In this document: positions 46,201-55,502 of the stretch, in pieces | Position numbering within the stretch: position 1 is the stretch's first letter | How the letters are laid out: each line of letters starts with the position of its first letter | NCBI GenBank assembly: GCA_033977065.1 | Contig: JAXCHI010000003.1 | Coordinates: 32,001-96,000 of the forward strand | From: Candidatus Algichlamydia australiensis | Lineage (GTDB): Bacteria; Chlamydiota; Chlamydiia; Chlamydiales; JAJFMI01 | Length of the DNA stretch: 64,000 bases | Direction: 5' to 3' | The notes under the pieces: generated by a model | What the model saw: only the letters and a program-made list of their open reading frames with translations | The model's database searches: none | Told to the model about the DNA's origin: nothing | Position numbers and translations under genes: made by a program

Positions 46201-46337
46201 ATTTCTCCATTTTGAAGACATTTCAGAGATTCTAATTTGCTTTTTAAATCCTTAGCGGGATTCGAACTCTCCAAAAACTCTTGCATATCTGCGAGTGGGG
46301 CTCCCGCCATTCTAGAGGGAACTAGTCGTAATGTCAT
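43278..46337 (-). CDS. Large eukaryote-like LRR (RI-type) plus ankyrin plus coiled-coil protein, putative effector
   Basis: LDLAGCEI, INLANNKL, VSLAGNSL, LDLGENLM; DTALHYA and GRTPLDYA ankyrin motifs. Confidence 0.8.
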   Translation of the reverse strand: MTLRLVPSRMAGAPLADMQEFLESSNPAKDLKSKLESLKCLQNGEIRLRNKETRLQKEEIFIKDALRRRMSLLSRDKRKRKFEVLEHKQTPIKKFVCDRRPKHRWEPRVHDLKRHKGKDIPAKKFTSRPRRKYILDPRRTYGFERCKDGKIRSQRNELQNVGRALKEVKKRSKKLEQEIEELKTEKSNSGFEIFLKKLDNVPFDPFSWLTKLSFRGVKLGAEKVYKLLKALKTNSVVCSLDLAGCEINFKDCKYNTNKIKNLFNQKQALYAINLANNKLGGNSSKKNIEFIKALFLERNRLSIVSLAGNSLNSKQMEVIGEGIQPTRFNYQRTIVWLDLGENLMPPFFAESLAETKVLAFFRAKTNTALDWGAFKKKNCSLIKSPLSEIQGHIANNYQSLVHLRRAIADNSCGEVTQFISSGMTPFANLEGKFEIDTEFPNWDRGKSGFDIIRDTALHYALKQTHVPVDVLDSLVANPSILQIPDSTGRTPLDYAIFNKRQDLADWIGKMLKTRSRQKFTSAQIASVVTQIANLKNKINLLEGEVLEGLNKYEKLKKEFDSHQKDDLKSWETKFADALNAFSVEASVAIQDLKNEQAKISKAIESNNKLMEENTELFEQVKKLGISVDCISALSSFGKYLVKRQEILKKVEILPDIEYKNDENPSIRNGIQIFREFRDRLQAVIIGLYAGKSEFVELTRDEASQKISTALGILAWGVSIASDDGLAVMGFPGPAFLVTFPINTMMGLIREAVGSYYEEKSKKELRRNFNGLQICITELQEKMECLTVLPEMFTMELFALQVASDLALKLSTVKYEDEFGLMNFIEYQCELFFMNLMHFSKEFASRQELSNIDKSVDFIKRAKNTAMYRVDAKREAVANRLYSKAKVKKAKSKDKGKSFLERALYKIESDALKFVEEILVPTGMESFDARMPVAYPGKSGSKIFMYPHEYSDEFPNEIGYYTFGDRVAAKSHVQLHRLLYATPSEKCWKFRDGKSYVPEDISKWPPEHESQTKVKKDVSC

Positions 46338-46360
46338 TTTCTACCTCTTTTCGTGCAGCA

Positions 46361-46389
46361 ATTGTAGTATGGAAACACACAACCTTCAA
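46361..46389 (-). promoter_or_regulatory. Promoter for the LRR-ankyrin gene
   Basis: TTGAAG-N17-TACAAT, then AGAGGT RBS. Confidence 0.5.
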
Positions 46390-46484
46390 GCACTTTTTTA
46401 AAGCACATAAAAATCTGACGAAAATTAACAGCTCTCCTTCTGCATACAGCTGCACCAAAATAAGCTGTTACATGTCAGCAGCTT

Positions 46485-46684
46485 CTATTTTTCGATAGCA
46501 CTCTTTAGTGTACCAAGAAAGTCATCCCCCTACATACCATCAGTAATGCGATGGTCAAAAGTTAGCGAGACATAGATGAATAAGGCGCTCCAAATGAATC
46601 ATCATCATGCGCAACAACTTCTTTCTCAATTGCCTCTATACCAATGATGGCAACTTCTGGGTGGTGACTGATAGAAATGCCAAA
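46485..46684 (-). pseudogene. Degraded duplicate of the 3' end of the E2 acyltransferase gene
   Basis: Aligns to 48021-48221 (HHPEVAIIG...LTFDHRI.DGM) with many third-position changes and indels; followed by hairpin AAGCTGCTGAC..TAACAGCTT-ATTTT. Confidence 0.85.
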
Positions 46685-46712
46685 GCTACTCATAATAATA
46701 GTGCTTTCTTTA

Positions 46713-47011
46713 ACTCAAAAGAGAGAGAGAAAAGTTTAAAAAGCTCCCTTTAAAACCGATCAAAACTAAGCACGAACTCATCGGTGTTGATATCTATTTC
46801 TATGGAAAAACTACCCTGCCTGACTTTGTAGAGAAAATGAAAGATGACAGATCAGTGGCGCTGTCGTTTTACAACTGGTGGCAGCTGCACCCAAAAAGAG
46901 ATCAGTGATCTTTATGCAAAGCTTTGCGATGCAGGCCACGATATTATCAAAACAGAAAATCTTTATAGCTTTGATGGAAACTTAAGTTACTCCCAAGCAG
47001 ATAAATTATAA
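46713..47011 (+). pseudogene. icd: Duplicate 3' end of icd (icdC-like) with ~83-bp internal deletion
   Basis: Aligns to 42877-43253; 59-nt identical core; ends FDGNLSYSQADKL* vs FDGSLSYSHAEK*. Confidence 0.92.
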
Positions 47012-47082
47012 AAAAATATACTTCTAAAATAACCAAGAAATAGCTATCCTTGAAAAGAAATTAATTAAAAAAGGCGGCTAAA

Positions 47083-47982
47083 ATGGGAGCTTGGGGACCG
47101 GGTTTATATAGTAATGATTTTGCTTGTGATTTAAAGAGCACGATTCGAGCAGTATCGCGTCTTCCTTACGAACCTAAGAAAATTTTAGAACTTTTGTGCG
47201 AAATGGAGGAAGATACAGCAAGTAATCCTCTCAATGAAGATTATACGACTTTTTGGCTTGTTGTTGCGGACCAATTTTACAAAAAAGGAATTTATCTTAA
47301 GCATCTAAATGAGAAAGCCATCAAGATTATCGATAAAAAACAAGATTTACATATGTTAAGTGATCTTGGGATGGAAGATCGTGATTTAAAAAAACGCGAA
47401 AAAACACTTCAAAAGCTCAAATCTCTGCTTTGTAACCAAGCCAATGAACCTTCAAAAAAAAGAAAAACTTTAAAGGCTCCTCTGCCTTTTATCATGGAAG
47501 TCGGGGACTGTTTTTCCTTTCCCACTTCAAATGGTTTAGCCTTGAACCCTTACGTTTCCAAAAAAGATGCAGAAAGGTATTACAATGCATGTAAGTGGAA
47601 GCAAAATGGCTATGGTCTTCTGGTTGTTTGTGAGAGAGGAAGAGTTTTAGACTACCTTACTTGGTACCGCGTGCTCGTTATGGACCACTCCCCTGAAAAA
47701 AAGCCTTCTTTTAGCAAAGAACTTCTCATTGAAAATAAATGGTCTATTTGTGAACCGGGAGTGTTTACGAATGCTATGGTAAAAAATTGTAGCTTCGAAA
47801 AATTAGGTAATATTCAATTTAAAGAGGAAAAGTTGGATCAAATTTTTCCGAACCGCAAAAATCCTTATTGGAAGGTGCTAGATAATATCGGCATGGGTTT
47901 TTGTTCTTCAGTGCCAAACGATTGCGAGTTAGACAAAAATGCACAAGAGAGCCCCTGCCCTGGAACTTCTTTATTTGAGTAA
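47083..47982 (+). CDS. Hypothetical protein with MGAWG N-terminus (DUF4259-like, possibly immunity-type)
   Basis: MGAWGPGLYSNDFACD start motif; 299 aa. Confidence 0.65.
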   Translation: MGAWGPGLYSNDFACDLKSTIRAVSRLPYEPKKILELLCEMEEDTASNPLNEDYTTFWLVVADQFYKKGIYLKHLNEKAIKIIDKKQDLHMLSDLGMEDRDLKKREKTLQKLKSLLCNQANEPSKKRKTLKAPLPFIMEVGDCFSFPTSNGLALNPYVSKKDAERYYNACKWKQNGYGLLVVCERGRVLDYLTWYRVLVMDHSPEKKPSFSKELLIENKWSICEPGVFTNAMVKNCSFEKLGNIQFKEEKLDQIFPNRKNPYWKVLDNIGMGFCSSVPNDCELDKNAQESPCPGTSLFE

Positions 47983-48020
47983 GATAGCACTGAAAAACAA
48001 CTAAATTTTCTTAAGTAGCT

Positions 48021-49160
48021 TTATTTTTCAAGCATAGTTTTTAGTGAGCCAAGAAAGTCGCAGCCGTACATACCATCAATGATACGATGATCAAAGGTGA
48101 GTGAAATGTGAATCACAGAGCGTACGCCAAATGAGTCATCTTCATTCGCTACCACTTTTTTCTCTATCGCTCCCATTCCAATGATTGCGACTTCAGGGTG
48201 ATGAATAATAGGAATGCCAATTTTCACTCCTGACATGCCAAAATTGGTCATGGTAATGGTACTTCCTTGTACTTCATCAGGTTTAAGAGTTTGACTGCGC
48301 GCTTTTGCTGCAAGGTCTGCCAACTTTTGAGCTACTTCGGGATGAGAAAGTTTGTCGATTTGCGGAATTACAGGAACAAGTATTCCCTCTTTTACACTAA
48401 CTGCAATACCGAGATTGATATGGCGTTTCAAGACGATATGATCGTGATCGACTGAGGCGTTGAGAAGGGGAAATTTTGTTATGGCTTGGCTAATTGCATG
48501 GGCAACATAACTTGTAATGGTGAGTTTACAGCCATGCTCTTTTTGAAAGCTCTCTTTGTTTGCTGCAATGCTGTTTTTGATATTTGTAATATCAATTTCT
48601 GCAACGAGGGTGGCGTGCGGCGCTTGATAGAAAGATTTGACCATGCTCTCAGCAATCGCTTTGCGCATGCCACTCATTTTCACTCTCTCCTCGTGGTCGG
48701 AAGCTGGCGTTGAAGAGCGTTTTTTTAGATAGTTTTCTATGTCTTTTTTGCTTACGCGTCCGCCTGCTCCTGTTGCAGGAATTTTTTTCAGTTCATCAAG
48801 AGGTATCCCCGCTTCACTTGCAATGCGGATCACGGCCGGTGAGAGGTAGTGCGTCATCGACTCTTGAGTTGGTGCTGGCTCTTCTTGGGGAACCTCTTCT
48901 TTGACTGTGCTCTCTTCTGCCTTGGTACCTGTTTCAATATGGCAGAGCAACGCTCCTACCTCGAGATCATCATCAGGTTTTGCAAAAATTTTTCTGATTA
49001 CTCCCGATACAGGAGAGGGTATCTCGCTATTAACTTTGTCTGTTGAGACTTCTAAAAGTGGCTCATCAAGATCAACTCTTTCACCCTCCTGCTTAAACCA
49101 CTGCACAATTTTTGCGCTTAAGATGCTCTCGCCGAGCTTTGGGAGCCGTACTTCTTCCAT
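48021..49160 (-). CDS. 2-oxoacid dehydrogenase E2 (dihydrolipoamide acyltransferase)
   Basis: Lipoyl STDKV, E3-binding GAGGRVSKKD, catalytic DHRIIDG. Confidence 0.93.
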   Translation of the reverse strand: MEEVRLPKLGESILSAKIVQWFKQEGERVDLDEPLLEVSTDKVNSEIPSPVSGVIRKIFAKPDDDLEVGALLCHIETGTKAEESTVKEEVPQEEPAPTQESMTHYLSPAVIRIASEAGIPLDELKKIPATGAGGRVSKKDIENYLKKRSSTPASDHEERVKMSGMRKAIAESMVKSFYQAPHATLVAEIDITNIKNSIAANKESFQKEHGCKLTITSYVAHAISQAITKFPLLNASVDHDHIVLKRHINLGIAVSVKEGILVPVIPQIDKLSHPEVAQKLADLAAKARSQTLKPDEVQGSTITMTNFGMSGVKIGIPIIHHPEVAIIGMGAIEKKVVANEDDSFGVRSVIHISLTFDHRIIDGMYGCDFLGSLKTMLEK

Positions 49161-50392
49161 TATTCAAGCCAAGTTGTATGGTGATATTGATCTTCGTTGA
49201 TCTGCTTCTCTCTTTTTGCAATGAAGACTGCTGCTGCTGCGTCACCAAGAACGTTCACAACAGAGGAGACCATTTCGCGTATGCGATCCACTCCTGCAAG
49301 AAGGGCAATCCCTTCGAGGGGAAGACCCATTGCATTGAGAACAACTGAGAGCATGATCAGTCCTGTTCCTGGTACACCGGCCGCACCAATAGCAGATACA
49401 AGAGAGATCACAAAAAGTGTAATAATTTTTAAAACGCTTAACGGTATCCCATACGCTTGCGCAATGAACACAGCTGAAATTGCTTGCCCTATCGCTGCTC
49501 CATTCATGTTCACTGTTGAGCCAAGCGACATCACAAATCCGGAAACATCTTTTGAAACTCCTAGGTGGTCGCGGGCGCACTCCAAGGAAACAGGGAGCGT
49601 TGCAGAACTACTCGAGGTGGAAAAAGCAACCACAATTGCATCTTTCATTCCTTTGAAGAAGGGCGTAATCTCGAGTTTTGCATAGCGTAAAATCAAGCTG
49701 AAAATCACAACAATCTGAATCAAACAAGCGATGTAATTACAAACTAAAAATTTTGCAAGTGGAAGAATAAGCTTTAATCCCATTGACCCAATCACAGAGG
49801 CCATCAACGCAAAGACCCCAATCGGAGCAAGACGCATAATAAAATGGGCCAGCGAATACATAATTTCTGCTACTGATTCGAGGACACTAAGGACAGGTTT
49901 ACCGCGCTCTCCAGAGAGCGTTAACCCAAATGCAAAAAGGATGGCAAATACAATAATTTGTAAAACATTTCCTTCAGTAAATGAAGCAAAGGGGTTTTTG
50001 GGGACTAAAGAGAGAATGAAATCTGACCAACTCATAAGAGGTGGCTCAGTGAAATTCACCCCTAAATTATGTTTGAGGTTAAGGCCCACTCCCGGCTCGA
50101 TAATATAGGCAAATATCAATCCTAATCCAATTGCTACTAAAGTAGTAATTGCATAAAAAGCAAAGGTCGTAAGACCAATGCGGCCCAATTTTTTTGGATC
50201 GTTTATATGACAAATTCCTACAACAAGAGAAGAGAAAATAATCAAACCGACAAGCATTTTAAGCAAGTCAATGAAGATTTTACCCGCTACATTGAATAGT
50301 TCAATATCTTTTTGGACGATCAGACCGACAAGTATCCCTAAAAAGAGTCCTATCAGGATCTGAATCCAAGGTTTTTTGATCCAAAGTTTCAT
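49160..50392 (-). CDS. Dicarboxylate/amino acid:cation symporter (GltT/GltP family)
   Basis: FSTSSSSATLP, GSTVNMNG, AAGVPG, GVDR. Confidence 0.92.
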   Translation of the reverse strand: MKLWIKKPWIQILIGLFLGILVGLIVQKDIELFNVAGKIFIDLLKMLVGLIIFSSLVVGICHINDPKKLGRIGLTTFAFYAITTLVAIGLGLIFAYIIEPGVGLNLKHNLGVNFTEPPLMSWSDFILSLVPKNPFASFTEGNVLQIIVFAILFAFGLTLSGERGKPVLSVLESVAEIMYSLAHFIMRLAPIGVFALMASVIGSMGLKLILPLAKFLVCNYIACLIQIVVIFSLILRYAKLEITPFFKGMKDAIVVAFSTSSSSATLPVSLECARDHLGVSKDVSGFVMSLGSTVNMNGAAIGQAISAVFIAQAYGIPLSVLKIITLFVISLVSAIGAAGVPGTGLIMLSVVLNAMGLPLEGIALLAGVDRIREMVSSVVNVLGDAAAAVFIAKREKQINEDQYHHTTWLE

Positions 50393-51363
50393 AATTCTCC
50401 AATTTTTTCTGACCAAGCGTCGTAGAGATCATTTCCGTATGTGATTTTCATTTCACACTTCAAATAGTTGATGGGGAGCGAGTACTTCTTAACTTTCTCA
50501 AGCTTCACCCAATCTTTTTCGCTACAGAGAATCTCAGTTGCTCCAAGAGATTTTGCTCTCTTAGCAAAAGCCTCTAGTTTACGTGAGGAGATCCTCCTAT
50601 GGTCAGGGATTATTTTTTTTAAGCGCACCTCCCCACCTAATCTCTCCACTTCTGAGAGAAAGGCGCGGGGGTTTCCCAGCGCACAAAATGCAGCAACAGG
50701 TCCTCTCTCTATCTTTGAAAGAGTTTGCAAATGGCAACCCACAACCGGAGCTTGGCTCCAAGATTTAAGTTGCTGCCTTACTTGAGCAAAATGCTCTCTA
50801 TCTTTTGCACGATTCACTACGATAAGTGTCGCATTTTTTAACCTCTCGGGTAAATCGCGAAACTTTCCGCAGGGAAGAAGAGGACCGATGGGGTTTGTCC
50901 CATCAATCATTACAACCTCTTCATCGCGCGCCAATCGCCTATGTTGCATCCCATCATCTAAGAGCAGTACTTCAGCACCTAGCTTCTCAGCCCACTTTGC
51001 AGATGCAGTGCGATCTTTCCCTACAAAGACCATCACACCAGGGAGGCTTTTTGCCATTAAAAAAGGCTCATCTCCCCCCTCTTCAGGGCTTAAAAGTGGT
51101 CCAGTGCCATCACTCATTAAAGCGAGCTTTCTCTCGGACCGCGAGCGATACCCTCGAGAGAGTATAGCAACTTTTTTCGTCTGCATCAGCTGGCGAGCCA
51201 GCATGATGGTAAAGGGAGTTTTTCCACTCCCTCCGCATGCAATATTGCCAACGCTAATCGTTGGCAAGAAGCTTTTATAAACTCTGCGCCATTCTTGATC
51301 GTAGGAGTAGTGACGCAATCTCACTCCTAATTCATAAATTTTACTCGCAAGCGAGCCAATCAA
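50389..51363 (-). CDS. lpxK: Tetraacyldisaccharide 4'-kinase
   Basis: SVGNIACGGSGKTP, LSRGY, GDEP, LDDGMQH, SEKDWVK. Confidence 0.95.
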   Translation of the reverse strand: MIGSLASKIYELGVRLRHYSYDQEWRRVYKSFLPTISVGNIACGGSGKTPFTIMLARQLMQTKKVAILSRGYRSRSERKLALMSDGTGPLLSPEEGGDEPFLMAKSLPGVMVFVGKDRTASAKWAEKLGAEVLLLDDGMQHRRLARDEEVVMIDGTNPIGPLLPCGKFRDLPERLKNATLIVVNRAKDREHFAQVRQQLKSWSQAPVVGCHLQTLSKIERGPVAAFCALGNPRAFLSEVERLGGEVRLKKIIPDHRRISSRKLEAFAKRAKSLGATEILCSEKDWVKLEKVKKYSLPINYLKCEMKITYGNDLYDAWSEKIGEL

Positions 51364-51956
51364 GTGGCAACCAACTCTTCACGGTAGACGTCAAGATGAC
51401 TCTCTACCATCTCTATCAAAATATGAATCGCCGCCATGTGAGCTTCTTGTATTCTATCAGAATACGTGAACCCATCGATGATCAATTCAAAATCAGCAAG
51501 GCCTCTCATCTTCCCACCGCCCTTTCCTAGAAAGGCTACGGTTACAAGTCCCATCTCCTTCGCTTTTGTAAGGGCTTTCAGCAGGTTTTCTGAATTTCCG
51601 CTTGTAGTCAAAGCAACGAAGAGATCTCCTCTCTTACCAAGTGCTTCTACTCCTCGCACGAAAACGTCCTGAAAGCCTGCGTCGTTTGCTACACAGGTGA
51701 TGTGTCCCGGTTCAGAGAGACAAATAGCGGGAAGTGGTCGACGCTTTTTGCGAAAAAATCCTGTTAGCTCCTCAGCAAAATGGGCCGCATCACACAGGCT
51801 CCCACCATTGCCAGCAACAATGAGCTTTCCACCCATGTCGTAGCAACGCGCTAGGGCTGTACTCACATCTTTTATGAACGCAACGCTTTTGCTGCTCTTT
51901 AGCTCTTCAATAGCGCGCGTGGCATCGTCCAAACTTTTTCGAATTGCACTTTCCAT
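51360..51956 (-). CDS. gmhA: Sedoheptulose-7-phosphate isomerase
   Basis: GNGGSLCDAAHFAEEL, TTSGNS, RIQEAH. Confidence 0.93.
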   Translation of the reverse strand: MESAIRKSLDDATRAIEELKSSKSVAFIKDVSTALARCYDMGGKLIVAGNGGSLCDAAHFAEELTGFFRKKRRPLPAICLSEPGHITCVANDAGFQDVFVRGVEALGKRGDLFVALTTSGNSENLLKALTKAKEMGLVTVAFLGKGGGKMRGLADFELIIDGFTYSDRIQEAHMAAIHILIEMVESHLDVYREELVAT

Positions 51957-52034
51957 TCAACGCTCGAGCGTAGCAGATTGAACATTTTTTTTCCAGTCGC
52001 CTCAAAAATCCCTTTTATTCATACTAGTTTGTAC

Positions 52035-52910
52035 ATGCTTAGTTTCAAAAAAATCGCAATAGTTGGCTCTACCGGAATGGTAGGAAAAGAGTTACAAACT
52101 TTTTTACTAAACCACCCAATAAAAAAATTTTCTTCACGCACTCCTTTAAGCAAATCTTCTTTTGAAGATCTCGACCTCGCTTTTTTTTGCAGTAGTAACA
52201 AAATTTCTAAAGAGTGGGTTCCTGTTGCACTCGCTTCAAATACTTTCGTGATTGATCTCTCTAGCGCTTATCGAGAAGATCCTCAAATCCCTCTTGTCAT
52301 TCCTGAAATCAATGGTCATCTATTGGAAAACAACCCCCGACTCGTAAGTTCACCAAATTGCACCGCTTCTATTCTCTCTCTAGCACTCTTTCCCCTTCAC
52401 AAACTTTTCGGAATCAAAAAAATCATTCTCTCCTCTTACCAAGCGATCAGTGGTGCTGGGCGTAAAAGTTACGAAGAGCTTCTCTCCCAAACAGCCAAAA
52501 AAGAGGGGCCTCTTGCCTTCAACCTCTACCTTCACCCGGGTGACGAGGAGGAAAAAGTGGTATTTGAAACGCGTAAAATTTTTAATCTGCCTGCTCTTCC
52601 CATCAGTGCTACGTGTGTACGTGTCCCCACTCTTCGTGCACATAGTATCTCTGTATTTGCGGAATTCTCTTCCCCTGTTGAATTAGGCGATGCAAAAAAA
52701 GTTTTACAACATCAGCCAGGAATAGCACTTGAACAGGTCACGCCGCAAGAAGCAAGTGGTAAAGAGGAGGTATTTGTAGGCAGAATACGTAAAGAGAGCT
52801 CCCACGCTCTTCACCTCTGGATTGTTGGTGACCAACTCTTAAAAGGGGCTGCATTAAATGCCTTTCAAATTGCAAAAAATTTACAACCTCTTTATCATAT
52901 GGAGACATGA
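52035..52910 (+). CDS. asd: Aspartate-semialdehyde dehydrogenase
   Basis: GSTGMVG, IDLSSAYR, SPNCT, YQAISGAG, ATCVRVP, GDQLLKGAALNA. Confidence 0.93.
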   Translation: MLSFKKIAIVGSTGMVGKELQTFLLNHPIKKFSSRTPLSKSSFEDLDLAFFCSSNKISKEWVPVALASNTFVIDLSSAYREDPQIPLVIPEINGHLLENNPRLVSSPNCTASILSLALFPLHKLFGIKKIILSSYQAISGAGRKSYEELLSQTAKKEGPLAFNLYLHPGDEEEKVVFETRKIFNLPALPISATCVRVPTLRAHSISVFAEFSSPVELGDAKKVLQHQPGIALEQVTPQEASGKEEVFVGRIRKESSHALHLWIVGDQLLKGAALNAFQIAKNLQPLYHMET

Positions 52911-53341
52911 AAGGGATCAAACTTCTATTTATATTTACCTGTTTCTCACTTTTCTCTTTTGAAAAGGAATTTACCCCTATTTACATTCTATTAAGCGAAA
53001 AACTTGCAGTAGAAAATCCTTTAGAAATCGCGGACGACCTCATAAAGCAAGAGGAACCTACTTTTGTTCCAATACCCAGCTGGGGTAAATGCGCAGTAAA
53101 GTGGGCTGGCAAAAAAAAATCGGAACCCAAGGGATTTTATCTCTACCTCAATGGCCCTGAAAGTAAGGTGCAAATGAAAGGTTATGCAACTCTTAATTAC
53201 AAGGGTTATCCTACTGCTGAAGGCTTCTCTCTTTCTAGCAACTTGCATCCTCGTATCAATGTCGATATGAACATCTCAACGAATGATCTTGTTCTTCGCT
53301 CTAAGAACTCTTTTGAAACGGCGATCGGCTGGAAATACTAA
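52907..53341 (+). CDS. Hypothetical exported protein
   Basis: Signal-like N-terminus, ATGA overlap with asd, aromatic C-terminus. Confidence 0.6.
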   Translation: MKGIKLLFIFTCFSLFSFEKEFTPIYILLSEKLAVENPLEIADDLIKQEEPTFVPIPSWGKCAVKWAGKKKSEPKGFYLYLNGPESKVQMKGYATLNYKGYPTAEGFSLSSNLHPRINVDMNISTNDLVLRSKNSFETAIGWKY

Positions 53342-53942
53342 GTTTTTCTTTTGTTGTGGGGTGAGAAAAGATCATCTCTCCATGGTGAAGCGCAATGGCT
53401 TCACTGTGAAACGTTTTTGTACTTCCATACTTTTGATCTCCCACGATTGGAGAGCCAATTGCGCTTAGCTGGGCGCGTATCTGATGATAGCGCCCTGTAA
53501 CAAGCTCGATTCGTAAGAGATTTTTTCCTATAACTTCATAAAATAAAACTGCCTCTTTCCCTCCATCTTTCACCACAGCCTTAAAGGAGCCATGAGAGAG
53601 CTTGTGCTCAAGCTTTCCTTTTTTTTCTGTTGGGGTTTGGTCTACAAGGGCATAGTAAATCTTCTTGATTTTCCTTTCGCGCTGCTGCTCTTGCAGGCGT
53701 GAAAGAGCCTTGGAAGTCCTTGCAAAAAGCACAATACCTGAAACGGCTCTATCCAACCGATGAACGGCGTGTAAAAAGACAGCTCCCGGCTTTGCAAAGC
53801 GCTTTTTAATATACGCTTTAGCGCGCTCTTCTAGTGAGTCGCTTGCTGTTGGGCTTGGCTGTGTTAACAAGCCAGCTGGCTTGTTCACAACAAGAAGGTG
53901 GTTATCAAGATAGAGAATTTCTTCGCTGTCTAAGGACTTCAT
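53301..53942 (-). CDS. RluA-family pseudouridine synthase
   Basis: VNKPAG, HRLDR, TGRYHQIR, IVGDQKYG. Confidence 0.92.
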   Translation of the reverse strand: MKSLDSEEILYLDNHLLVVNKPAGLLTQPSPTASDSLEERAKAYIKKRFAKPGAVFLHAVHRLDRAVSGIVLFARTSKALSRLQEQQRERKIKKIYYALVDQTPTEKKGKLEHKLSHGSFKAVVKDGGKEAVLFYEVIGKNLLRIELVTGRYHQIRAQLSAIGSPIVGDQKYGSTKTFHSEAIALHHGEMIFSHPTTKEKLSISSRSPFQKSS

Positions 53943-54699
53943 ATAGAATAAGGGTGGTTGCTGAAGCGACGTTTAAGGAGTCTGCAACACCGCACATAGG
54001 AATGCGCACTTGCAAATCCGCTTGCTTAATAAATTTTTCCGATAACCCCACCTGCTCCGTTCCTGCTGCTACTGCAATTGGACCTGTTAAATCGACATCT
54101 GTGTAGTGCGTTTTTGTATGCGGGGTTGTTGCAACAATCGCAATACCTCTATCACGTAAATAGTTGAGTGTCTCTTCTGTGGAGGCTTGCACAACAGGTT
54201 GTGTAAATAGCGTACCAACACTAGCGCGCACCACATTAGGATTAAAAATATCTGTTTTAGGGTCACAGACAATTACACCATCTACACCAACAGCATCTGC
54301 TGAGCGCAGCATCGTTCCTAAATTCCCAGGCTTCTCAATCGCCTCTCCAAGCAAAAAGAAGGGGACACTCGATTGCGGAAGCTCATTCAATTGCAAGTAC
54401 TCCTGCTGTGCAATGGCAATGAGCCCATCTGGTCGATCGCGATAAGAGACTTTTGCAAAAGCTTGTTTAGAAAAGCGAAACACTTCTGCCCCTCTGCTTG
54501 CAATTTCATCGATCAATTTTCGCTCATTCGAACCGAGAAAATGTTCAGGGGAAAAGTAGAGCGCCTCAATAGAGATCTTTTTTGCGCGAGACAGCTCGCG
54601 ATACCCCTCTATAATGAAGGTTCCACTCTTATCTCGCGCTCTTCTATCGCGCAGGCGTACCAATTTTTTTACGTGGGGACTCTGTAAACTTGTGATCAT
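53905..54699 (-). CDS. SpoU/TrmH-family RNA methyltransferase
   Basis: PGNLGTMLRSA, GTEQVGL, IPM..DSLNVA. Confidence 0.92.
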   Translation of the reverse strand: MITSLQSPHVKKLVRLRDRRARDKSGTFIIEGYRELSRAKKISIEALYFSPEHFLGSNERKLIDEIASRGAEVFRFSKQAFAKVSYRDRPDGLIAIAQQEYLQLNELPQSSVPFFLLGEAIEKPGNLGTMLRSADAVGVDGVIVCDPKTDIFNPNVVRASVGTLFTQPVVQASTEETLNYLRDRGIAIVATTPHTKTHYTDVDLTGPIAVAAGTEQVGLSEKFIKQADLQVRIPMCGVADSLNVASATTLILYEVLRQRRNSLS

Positions 54700-55502
54700 G
54701 CTATCCACCTCGCAAAGGCTCCGGCAGGTAAGGAAATTTTCGATTGAATGAGGGTCTCTCCCGCCTCTATTCTTCCATGAGAAAAGTTTTGAGAGAGCAG
54801 ATTCTGTAATACAGTTGGTGTATATCCGGGTGTATGACAGGTTAGTAGAACAAAGAGCGGCGTATCTGATAGAAGTTCTTTACAAAGCTCAAGTAGGGGC
54901 CCGATCTCTTTTTCAATTTTAAAGAGCTCTCCATTTGGACCTCGACCAAACGTTGGCGGATCCAAAACAATCGCATCGTATTTCCTATTACGGCGCACTT
55001 CTCGGCGCAAAAATTTCATTACATCATCGACAATCCAACGCACAGGCCGATCAGCAAGGTGATTGAGATCAGCATTGGTGCGTGCCCAATCCACCATTGG
55101 CTTGGAGGCATCAAGATGGCAGACCGATGCTCCCGATCGAGCGGCAGCAAGTGTGGCAGCCCCTGTGTAAGCAAAGAGATTCAAAACATTTGCCTTCTTT
55201 CCCTTCAAAACTTTTTCCATCCACTGCCAGTGCATCTCATGCTCAGGAAAAATCCCTAAGTGTCCAAAATCAGACGGCTCAATTTTAAAGGTTAATCCTG
55301 AGAGTTCAATCTTCCAAGTTGGGGGCAATTTTTCGCGATTCGCCCACTTATTTGCAGGCGTGCGCGTGAAATGAGCATCAGCACTTTTCCATAATTTAGA
55401 ATCACTTGGCCCCCACACTGCCGCACTTGAAGGGCGAACAAGCGTGTAATCTCCGAAGCGTTCCAACTTCTCTTCATTTCCAGAATCAAGCAGAGAGTAC
55501 AT
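54696..55502 (-). CDS. Class I SAM-dependent methyltransferase (RlmI/RlmK-like)
   Basis: GIFPE, VLNLFAYTG, LDPPTFG. Confidence 0.88.
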   Translation of the reverse strand: MYSLLDSGNEEKLERFGDYTLVRPSSAAVWGPSDSKLWKSADAHFTRTPANKWANREKLPPTWKIELSGLTFKIEPSDFGHLGIFPEHEMHWQWMEKVLKGKKANVLNLFAYTGAATLAAARSGASVCHLDASKPMVDWARTNADLNHLADRPVRWIVDDVMKFLRREVRRNRKYDAIVLDPPTFGRGPNGELFKIEKEIGPLLELCKELLSDTPLFVLLTCHTPGYTPTVLQNLLSQNFSHGRIEAGETLIQSKISLPAGAFARWIA

